Positions 1-5,324 of a stretch of 5,324 nt of DNA are shown here, piece after piece (within the stretch, counting starts at the first letter, position 1; the number at the start of each line of letters is the position of its first letter). The position numbers were made by a program, and so were the translations under genes. The notes under the pieces were generated by a model. It saw nothing but the letters and a program-made list of their open reading frames with translations. It made no database searches and was not told the origin of the DNA. This DNA comes from a virus (lineage: Duplodnaviria > Heunggongvirae > Uroviricota > Caudoviricetes): IMG/VR virus record IMGVR_UViG_2667527595_000014; one strand, written 5' to 3'.

Positions 1-3000
1 CGTTAATCGTGACGTTGTTGAGCGTCCCGGAATTCGCATTCACGTTACCGCTGATATCAGCATTTCTTGCGGTCAGCCTGCCCTCCGGCGTCAGGGAAAA
101 CGTCGGGGGATTGCCGGACGAGGTGATACTCACCGCAAACAGCCGCTTCAGGAACACATCGTTCATGAACAACTGATTCCCCTGCGCCACAAATAACGGC
201 GTGGTGTTGCCGTCCTCCGGGTTAATCATCGCAATACGGTCAGCCAGCAGCAGTATGTTGCTCAGGGGCTGGCCATCAGTATCCTCAATCCCCGCTCCAA
301 TACCGGCAACATAGGGTATGCCATTTTTTGTTTTCTGTACCTTCAGCATGTAAAGTGCAGCAAGGTCATCATTTGTGTCCTTCTGCACGCGCTGTATCTG
401 CTGTATGGTGGCGCTCTGGTCCTCCAGCGTTTTACTGACCGTCTGTGTGATTTCATTGCGGGTTTCTGTGATGGTGGTCTGCATTTCCGCCATCTCGTCC
501 TTCAGCTGACTGTTGTCAATCTCTGCCCACAGCGCCTCTGCCAGATGCGTTTTTCCTATCTTTTCCCGGAAAAGTTCCAGATAGCCCGCAGCATCATTGC
601 TCGCCCGTCCACTGGCTTCCACAAAAGCAGATTTACCCACCAGGTTGACGCTGCGCACATAAAACCAGAAATCCTTTCCGGGCTTAATGTGCGGGCCGGA
701 GACACTCCACTGACTGCCGGTCCCCAGATAACGGGCAGAGGTTTCCACCTGTGCGGCGTCTGCAATTTTTGCCTCCGAAAACCAGAACTCAAACTGCACC
801 GTCGGGTCATACACCGCAAGACGCGGTACCGCCGTTATCTGAAAATACCCCGGCGTCAGTTCAACACCGGCAGGCGCTGCCGGTGCGTTAATCCGGAACG
901 TGGTGGTGGCGGGTTCGCCCTGCTGGCCATAGCTGTTAATCGCCCTGACCGTCAGGGTGTATTCCCCGAGAGGCAGGCCACTGAAACGGTGCTCCGTATC
1001 GGCAGTGATGGCGGTGGTCAGCAGGCGGCTGTTCTCACCGCTTCCACTGGTCAGGCGCAGACTGAAGCGCACGCCCTTCACCACCCGCGGCGTGTCCCAT
1101 TTCGCCAGCGCCAGATACTGGCCGTCAGCTGCGCTCACCTCCACCGTCAGGTGCTGCACTGCCGGTGGGATAACGCTGTTCAGGGTGCCTGACTGCGGCT
1201 CAAAGCGGGCTCCGTTATCCACAATGGCTTCTTTTTCCGGTACGTGCTGCACTGCCGTGATGGCAAAGGTGCCGTCCGTGTTTTCCCGGATGGAGACACA
1301 GCGGAACAGGCGACGGCGCAGTGACGGCAGGGAGAGTCCCCACACCCCGTATGTCTCCACACCATCAGGCAGGGTACTGACCTGTATCCGGTCCGGCGCG
1401 GGGTGTGCGGTGATGTCCACACTCACCGGCTTACCGCTGCCGTTAATCAGGTTCACCGTCGATGTACCTGTCCCCGGAAGTGTCACTTCACGGTCCAGCG
1501 TCAGGGTGCGGGTGGCAGCATCAATGGACAGGACACGTCCGCCGGTCAGGGTTCCGGCATAGTCGTTATCACAGATTTCAATGATGTCACCGGGTGTGTG
1601 CCGCAGCCCCTGTGACCCGAGTGTGAAATCCACCGTCTGCGTTTCCAGCAGTTCTGTCTTTATCACCCACAGCCCGGCACGGTGGGCCTGACCGCGACTG
1701 GTGCAGCCGAACGCATCCATCTTCAGCAGGTTGCGTCCGTAGCGCAGTATGGCTTCCGGGTCTTCCACCAGTTCCGTGGAGGTCTGCCAGCCGTTCTGCG
1801 GGTCGGTGTAATTCACCTCCACCGCCGTGTGCCGGTCCTTCAGGGCACTGAAGCTGTAGCGGAACCCCACGCCGTTATCATCCACCACCACATCGCTGTT
1901 CGTGTACGGCCACACCACATCCGACTGGCGGTCCTGAACGAACGTCAGCGTCTGGCCGTTCCATACCGGCATACAGCGCATCGCCGAGCAGAAATCACTG
2001 AGAACGTCCCACGCCTTACGCTGTTGTGCCAGGTACGCATTAAAGGTCATCCGCGGCTCTGTGCCCCCGAAACCATCCGGGACCGTCTGGTCGCAGTACT
2101 GCCCGATGGCATACAGCGCCCACTTGTCCACATCCGCCGCCCCCAGGCGTTTTCCCATCCCGTAGCGCGGGTGAGTCAGCATGTCCCACAGGCACCAGGC
2201 CGGGTTGTTGCTGTATGCCGGTTTCAGACTGCCGTCCCAGATACCGCTGTAGGTGCGTTTTTCCGGGTCATAGTTTGACGGCACCTGGATGATGCGACCG
2301 CGGATATGGTAGTTCACCGTCATCTGCTGACCACCGAACTGCTCCGCATCCACCTGCAGCCCCACAATCGCCGTGTTCGGGTAGCACTGTTTCACATCGA
2401 TGATTTCGGTGTACGATGACCAGAGTGTTCTGTTCTGCAACTGGTCCGTGGTGCTGTCCGCCGTCTCCCGGACCATCCGGATGTTAAAAGGACGGGGAGG
2501 CAGATTATCCAGAATCACCGACGCCAGAAACTGCGAGGTGGTCTTGCCGTTAATGGTGACATCCTTTTCTGTCACCCAGTTACCGTTACGCTGTAACTGA
2601 ATCAGCAGGCGGACGGATGTCGGGTTTCGGTCACCCTTTGACGTGGTCTGCACCAGTGACTGCACCCCGAAGGTAACCCGCAGGCGGTCAATGTTCGCGG
2701 ACGTAATGGTGCGTGTCACCGGTTTTGCCTTCGTCACTTCCACACCCAGTACAGTTTCAGCTCCGGAGGACTCAAAGCCTTCCGGTGGTGTCTGCTCCTG
2801 CTCCCCGGCACGCCAGACGGCGGTCACACCGTGTATCACGGGATTACCGTCCGTGTCCGTCAGCGGGGTTTTGTTCACCAGAATACTCTGCAGTCCCTTC
2901 ACCGGACCTTCCACCGGTCCCTCACCAATGGCATCAATCACGCTCATCATCTGCGTGGATTTGAGATTATCCTTCGCCTCACGAGGTGTGTGCGCCTTGC

Positions 3001-3016
3001 CGCCACCTTTACCCAC
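1..3016 (-). CDS. J: Tail tip central fiber / host specificity protein J (gpJ homologue), 3'-truncated by window edge; ~1005 N-terminal codons present
   Basis: Manual reverse-complement translation from GTG at 3016..3014 gives [52 protein letters not shown]..., which I recognise as the lambda gpJ N-terminus ([21 protein letters not shown]...). The frame stayed open and lambda-J-like through my read to position 2 (e.g. ...[39 protein letters not shown]..., ...[30 protein letters not shown]..., ...[13 protein letters not shown]...). Shine-Dalgarno-like AGGAGAGGGGG at 3022..3032 (minus), 5 nt upstream of GTG. Absent from the ORF track, presumably because no stop lies in the window. Position downstream of I matches lambda gene order. 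Confidence 0.92.
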   Translation of the reverse strand, partial: MGKGGGKAHTPREAKDNLKSTQMMSVIDAIGEGPVEGPVKGLQSILVNKTPLTDTDGNPVIHGVTAVWRAGEQEQTPPEGFESSGAETVLGVEVTKAKPVTRTITSANIDRLRVTFGVQSLVQTTSKGDRNPTSVRLLIQLQRNGNWVTEKDVTINGKTTSQFLASVILDNLPPRPFNIRMVRETADSTTDQLQNRTLWSSYTEIIDVKQCYPNTAIVGLQVDAEQFGGQQMTVNYHIRGRIIQVPSNYDPEKRTYSGIWDGSLKPAYSNNPAWCLWDMLTHPRYGMGKRLGAADVDKWALYAIGQYCDQTVPDGFGGTEPRMTFNAYLAQQRKAWDVLSDFCSAMRCMPVWNGQTLTFVQDRQSDVVWPYTNSDVVVDDNGVGFRYSFSALKDRHTAVEVNYTDPQNGWQTSTELVEDPEAILRYGRNLLKMDAFGCTSRGQAHRAGLWVIKTELLETQTVDFTLGSQGLRHTPGDIIEICDNDYAGTLTGGRVLSIDAATRTLTLDREVTLPGTGTSTVNLINGSGKPVSVDITAHPAPDRIQVSTLPDGVETYGVWGLSLPSLRRRLFRCVSIRENTDGTFAITAVQHVPEKEAIVDNGARFEPQSGTLNSVIPPAVQHLTVEVSAADGQYLALAKWDTPRVVKGVRFSLRLTSGSGENSRLLTTAITADTEHRFSGLPLGEYTLTVRAINSYGQQGEPATTTFRINAPAAPAGVELTPGYFQITAVPRLAVYDPTVQFEFWFSEAKIADAAQVETSARYLGTGSQWSVSGPHIKPGKDFWFYVRSVNLVGKSAFVEASGRASNDAAGYLELFREKIGKTHLAEALWAEIDNSQLKDEMAEMQTTITETRNEITQTVSKTLEDQSATIQQIQRVQKDTNDDLAALYMLKVQKTKNGIPYVAGIGAGIEDTDGQPLSNILLLADRIAMINPEDGNTTPLFVAQGNQLFMNDVFLKRLFAVSITSSGNPPTFSLTPEGRLTARNADISGNVNANSGTLNNVTIN

Positions 3017-3055
3017 TCTGTCCCCCTCTCCTGTCTGATGTCTGAATCTGTTTAT

Positions 3056-3090
3056 GCCCAAAAAACAACAGGCACCCCGGAGGGTGCCTG
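3056..3090 (-). terminator. Rho-independent terminator on minus strand, between the small ORF and J
   Basis: Perfect 9-bp GC-rich inverted repeat CAGGCACCC (3069..3077) / GGGTGCCTG (3082..3090) with a 4-nt loop. On the minus strand the stem is followed directly by TTGTTTTTTGGG (plus 3056..3068). Lies 2 nt after the stop of the 31-codon ORF and about 40 nt upstream of the J start. Confidence 0.6.
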
Positions 3091-3092
3091 CA

Positions 3093-3188
3093 TCATGACG
3101 GAATAAAAATTCTGAATATCTTCACATTTTCACAAACTGACTGTGGCGCGTATAATTTCGCTGCGTTAGTGTTTTTTTGCCGTGACAT
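3093..3188 (-). CDS. Hypothetical small protein, 31 aa ([31 protein letters not shown]), moron-like ORF in the I-J spacer
   Basis: ATG at 3188..3186, TGA at 3095..3093. Canonical SD AAGGAG (plus 3199..3204) 10 nt upstream of the ATG. Stop is followed at once by the minus-strand terminator. Too short for codon-usage judgement and no homologue recognised. Start and SD sit inside an inverted repeat (3166..3173 / 3205..3212). Confidence 0.3.
   Translation of the reverse strand: MSRQKNTNAAKLYAPQSVCENVKIFRIFIPS
3129..3156 (+). promoter_or_regulatory. Candidate sigma70-type promoter on the plus strand (antisense to the tail operon)
   Basis: -35-like TTCACA (3129..3134), 16-nt spacer, consensus -10 TATAAT (3151..3156). 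Predicted transcription start about 3162..3164. Located in an AT-rich intergenic island, facing away from J and toward the plus-strand terminator at 3232..3270. Confidence 0.4.
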
Positions 3189-3268
3189 AAAAAAACAACT
3201 CCTTAACACTAATCTTCATTTGTCCGAATCTCCCGCAGCTCCGCGATCACTGCGGGATTTTTTATTCT
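3163..3268 (+). ncRNA. Candidate ~100-nt small RNA, cis-antisense to the SD and start codon of the 31-codon ORF and to the I-J spacer
   Basis: Bounded by the predicted promoter (3129..3156) and the plus-strand intrinsic terminator (3232..3270). Contains an internal imperfect hairpin: TTAGTGTT (3166..3173) pairs with AACACTAA (3205..3212), with T-run/A-run complementarity inside. No convincing plus-strand ORF; the track ORF 3169..3417 runs through the terminator hairpin and is antisense to gene I. Ends are predictions, not mapped. Confidence 0.3.
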
Positions 3269-3270
3269 TT
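3232..3270 (+). terminator. Rho-independent terminator on plus strand, abutting the stop codon of gene I
   Basis: Inverted repeat CCCGCAG (3232..3238) / CTGCGGG (3250..3256), extendable by a T:A pair at 3231/3257, with an 11-nt loop. Followed on the plus strand by ATTTTTTATTCTTTTT (3257..3272). On the minus strand there is no U-tract after the stem, so it is directional for plus-strand transcripts only. The loop is rather long, which lowers confidence. Confidence 0.5.
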
Positions 3271-3951
3271 TTACCCCTGCCGTCCGATAACCACCACTTT
3301 CCCGCCCCCGCCTTCATCACGGGTACTGATGTCCTGGGATATACGGCGGGAGCCAACCAGCATTTCCCCGTAAGGCACCGGCATCGGGTTACCCTGGGCA
3401 ATCATGTTGTCCAGTGACGAAAAGTACGTGTTCTGTCTGCCGTTATCCGTTGCGCGGTAATCCGGTGTTTTTGCCTTCGGGGCCAGCATCTGGGCCACAC
3501 CGCCCAGAATCATACTGGCACCCAGTGAAAACAGCATCGTGGTGGCAGAAAAACCACCGGCTGCCAGGGCTGAACCCCATAACGCCATTGATGCTCCGGC
3601 AGTGAAGAAAGACCCCACAATGGCAGCTGCCCCCAGCACAATCTGTAGTCCGCCCTTTCCGGCCCCGGCCAGTCGCGGCACAATATGGATAACCGTTCCC
3701 TCACCCAGTGGTTCGTGAAGGCGGGCATACACCGCCTCCGGTGCCGTATCCTCACCGGCAATGCGTATCTGGTACCAGCCTTCGTTCATCTGACGGCGAA
3801 AGCCCGGCACCTGCAGCGACAGGGCGCGGATGGCTTCCGCCGCCGTGTTCACATACAGGCTGAAGCGGCGGCCAAATCGTTGTAAATCCCCGTGAAGGCA
3901 GATGCGTGCCAGTGGCGGTGACGCCAGACAGAATGCGTTCGTCGTTGCCAT
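3271..3951 (-). CDS. I: Tail tip assembly protein I (gpI homologue), 226 aa
   Basis: ORF-track protein MATTNAFCLASPPLARICLHGDLQRFGRRF...GEMLVGSRRISQDISTRDEGGGGKVVVIGRQG is, by my recollection, closely similar to lambda gpI (223 aa), including the ARICLYGDLQRFGRR-type N-terminus and a Gly/Ala-rich hydrophobic central segment. ATG at 3951..3949, TAA at 3273..3271. Overlaps the 3' end of K by 103 nt out of frame, as in lambda. Confidence 0.92.
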   Translation of the reverse strand: MATTNAFCLASPPLARICLHGDLQRFGRRFSLYVNTAAEAIRALSLQVPGFRRQMNEGWYQIRIAGEDTAPEAVYARLHEPLGEGTVIHIVPRLAGAGKGGLQIVLGAAAIVGSFFTAGASMALWGSALAAGGFSATTMLFSLGASMILGGVAQMLAPKAKTPDYRATDNGRQNTYFSSLDNMIAQGNPMPVPYGEMLVGSRRISQDISTRDEGGGGKVVVIGRQG

Positions 3952-4592
3952 TTTTCGGAATACCTCTCCCGTTTACTCAGTTGTTCAGGCAGATGGTGAA
4001 GCAGTTCACCGTTGCCGCAGTAAATGGCGGCATGATTAGCCACCGATGCGCCGAAGCAGCACAGCAGGATATCGCCCGGCAGTGCAGAGGACAGGGGCAC
4101 CCGGTAAAAGCCCGTTTCCTCCATATTGTCCAGGTAAAGGTTCTGACCGTTGCACCACCAGTCATCCTCACGGTGAAAATCCGGCATATCAATGCCTGCC
4201 AGATGGTATGCATCCCGGAACAGCGTGTAACAGTCCGTCACCCCGTGCGCAAAGCGCCGTCCTGTCAGATGTGGCACACAGCGGAATTTGTGAATGTCAC
4301 CCCGGCTGACCAGCCACCAGGGCAGTGCGCTTTTTATCTGCAGCCGCCGGTCAGCCTCGCTCAGCCAGGGCAGACCACCGGGATGACTGTGGACCAGTGC
4401 CACAATCTCCCCCTGCATCTCTGCCCGCAGCCAGTCTTCCGGTGCGATACGAAAATACGCCTCAGGCTCTGCAGAGATATTCACGCACGGCTGGTACTGG
4501 TTGCCCTCCGGCGTGCTTATCACGAAGCCGCACGACTCCGCAGGCGCACACCGCCGGGCATGCGCCAGAATCGCTGATTCAGTCTGTGTCAT
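3849..4592 (-). CDS. K: Tail tip assembly protein K (gpK homologue), predicted 247 aa, with JAB/MPN (JAMM) and NlpC/P60 domains
   Basis: Open frame 3849..4853. The upstream 87 codons overlap L and are rejected. ATG at 4592..4590 (MTQTESAILAHARRCAPAESCGF...) begins 10 nt after the L stop and keeps the N-terminal JAB-like segment. JAMM signature H-x-H-x7-S-x2-D present as HSHPGGLPWLSEAD (codons at 4350..4391). NlpC/P60-like Cys in GVTDCYTL (Cys codon 4230..4232) and His in NHAAIY / ELLHH. No strong SD before 4592, so the start is less certain than the gene identity. TGA at 3851..3849. Confidence 0.85.
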   Translation of the reverse strand: MTQTESAILAHARRCAPAESCGFVISTPEGNQYQPCVNISAEPEAYFRIAPEDWLRAEMQGEIVALVHSHPGGLPWLSEADRRLQIKSALPWWLVSRGDIHKFRCVPHLTGRRFAHGVTDCYTLFRDAYHLAGIDMPDFHREDDWWCNGQNLYLDNMEETGFYRVPLSSALPGDILLCCFGASVANHAAIYCGNGELLHHLPEQLSKRERYSEKWQRRTHSVWRHRHWHASAFTGIYNDLAAASACM

Positions 4593-4602
4593 AAACCGGG
4601 AT

Positions 4603-5301
4603 TTACTGCGAAAGTTTATTAATGGAAAGGAAACCGCCAAAATTGCCGACATTCCTGCGCAGTTCACACCCGCGCATGCACTTGCTGCATCTGTCCTTAC
4701 GGATATCCGTGGTGGGTTTATCGAACTCATCCGCCACAGCCCCGCCCGTGTAACCACACTCATCAGAGCGGTAGGTCCACATACAGGTGTTCGCCAGCAT
4801 GATACGACCGGGAAACAGCGCCCCGTCCGTCTCGGTCGGTGTGGCCAGCACAAACGAGGCCGTCATGGCTGTCAGCTGCGACATCTGCTCCACCACCCAG
4901 CGGTCACTCAGCTCCTGCTCCGGGTCCGCTTCCGGATTGCCCGCAACGAAATTCACCGCATCCAGAAAACGGGCATACACCCGGCGGCGGACCACCGTGG
5001 CCCCCACCAGGCTCTGCAAATCCTCCGCCATTCCGGTGACAAGACCAAACAGATTGGACACCGTCAGCAACGGTCTGGCACTGCTGCCCTTCCCGCTCAT
5101 CTCAAAACCGCTACCGTCAATCGGGTATGCCTGATATTGCCGCCCCTGCCAGGTGACCGGCTCCCCTTTTTCATTCAGCTCATTGCAGAAAAAATACCGC
5201 TCACCGCCCTGCACCGTCAGGTCGATTTCCCAGAGCACCACCCGCGGTGACTGCTCTGATTTAACCGACTCGTTCAGACTTTCTTCGTGAATATCCTGCA
5301 T
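4603..5301 (-). CDS. L: Tail tip protein L (gpL homologue), 232 aa
   Basis: Translation MQDIHEESLNESVKSEQSPRVVLWEIDLTVQGGERYFFCNELNEKGEPVTWQGRQYQ...NVGNFGGFLSINKLSQ is recognised as closely similar to lambda gpL, which I recall as 232 aa beginning MQDI. ATG at 5301..5299 chosen over the track's upstream ATG at 5313 because it matches the lambda N-terminus and length. TAA at 4605..4603. C-terminal Cys cluster (C173, C182, C205, C208, C212) present. Confidence 0.93.
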   Translation of the reverse strand: MQDIHEESLNESVKSEQSPRVVLWEIDLTVQGGERYFFCNELNEKGEPVTWQGRQYQAYPIDGSGFEMSGKGSSARPLLTVSNLFGLVTGMAEDLQSLVGATVVRRRVYARFLDAVNFVAGNPEADPEQELSDRWVVEQMSQLTAMTASFVLATPTETDGALFPGRIMLANTCMWTYRSDECGYTGGAVADEFDKPTTDIRKDRCSKCMRGCELRRNVGNFGGFLSINKLSQ

Positions 5302-5324
5302 ATATCCGCCCATAAAAAAGGGGC

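Noticed and set aside
556-1422. Minus-strand track ORFs 556..819 and 1180..1422
   Set aside because: Both are in the wrong frame relative to J (J codons start at positions congruent to 1 mod 3 counted from 3016) and are fully embedded in J. Their translations are Arg/Cys/Trp-rich and not protein-like.
545-3106. Plus-strand track ORFs inside the J region (545..1192, 957..1562, 1403..1615, 1682..2278, 2400..2600, 2643..3038, 2713..2964, 2831..3106)
   Set aside because: They lie antisense to a continuous, lambda-J-like minus-strand frame. Their translations are low-complexity and Arg/Pro/Cys-rich, typical of spurious antisense ORFs in GC-rich coding DNA, and they overlap one another in several frames with no SD signals.
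3166-3219. 17-codon minus-strand ORF ([17 protein letters not shown]) upstream of and overlapping the 31-codon ORF
   Set aside because: No Shine-Dalgarno sequence, and it reads across the SD and start of the better-supported 31-codon ORF in another frame. Most likely a chance ORF in AT-rich DNA.
3093-3270. Labelling the small ORF / antisense RNA pair as a bona fide type I toxin-antitoxin system
   Set aside because: The arrangement (antisense RNA over the SD and AUG, structured initiation region) fits, but the peptide lacks the hydrophobic transmembrane helix typical of type I toxins, and no dedicated promoter for the peptide mRNA was found. Kept as a hypothesis in the findings, not as a call.
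3169-3885. Track ORFs 3169..3417 (+), 3414..3605 (+), 3685..3885 (+), 3216..3401 (-) and 3510..3761 (-)
   Set aside because: 3169..3417 starts at GTG inside the candidate sRNA, reads straight through the terminator hairpin and then antisense through I. The others are antisense or out of frame within I. None has an RBS or a recognisable product.
4593-4853. N-terminal extension of the K ORF to the start at 4853 (334-aa form)
   Set aside because: It would overlap about 250 nt of L in another frame, and the extension sequence (MCWPHRPRRTGRCFPVVSCWRT...) is not protein-like. The conserved K sequence begins at the ATG at 4592, just after the L stop.
3906-5250. Plus-strand track ORFs antisense to K and L (3906..4577, 4046..4309, 4325..4594, 4501..5250, 4787..5134, 4839..5039) and minus ORF 3977..4213
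   Set aside because: They are antisense or out of frame to the confidently identified K and L genes, and their translations are Arg/Pro/His-rich and low-complexity. No independent signals support them.
5302-5313. Alternative L start at ATG 5313 (MGGYMQ..., as listed in the ORF track)
   Set aside because: The lambda gpL N-terminus begins MQDI and the 232-aa length matches the start at 5301. The four extra codons are more likely the 3' end of the upstream gene.
1-5324. CRISPR arrays, tRNA/rRNA genes, insertion sequences or terminal inverted repeats
   Set aside because: No regularly spaced direct repeats, no tRNA-like cloverleaf candidates and no transposase-like ORFs were seen. The window is accounted for by four tail genes plus the I-J spacer.

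Overview
The window is a block of a lambda-like (lambdoid) phage or prophage tail-tip module, all on the minus strand in the canonical order L - K - I - J (high to low coordinates). L (4603..5301), K (3849..4592) and I (3271..3951) are complete; J (1..3016) starts with GTG at 3016 and runs off the window start, so about 1005 N-terminal codons are present and the receptor-binding C-terminus is outside the window. Calls rest on my recognition of the translated proteins as close homologues of lambda gpL, gpK, gpI and gpJ; no database search was run. The one region that ordinary tail genes do not explain is the I-J intergenic spacer (3017..3270). It is about 250 nt (I recall about 60 nt in lambda), visibly AT-rich, and carries a compact module: a plus-strand sigma70-like promoter, a plus-strand intrinsic terminator, a candidate ~100-nt antisense RNA between them, a 31-codon minus-strand ORF with an AAGGAG Shine-Dalgarno, and a strong minus-strand intrinsic terminator immediately upstream of J. 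This looks like a moron-type insertion, possibly a cis-antisense RNA / small-peptide pair; it is the best candidate for an undescribed element here, but its function is inference. All plus-strand ORFs in the supplied track are judged antisense artefacts of the GC-rich tail genes. The J reading frame was checked by manual reverse-complement translation, not by computation.
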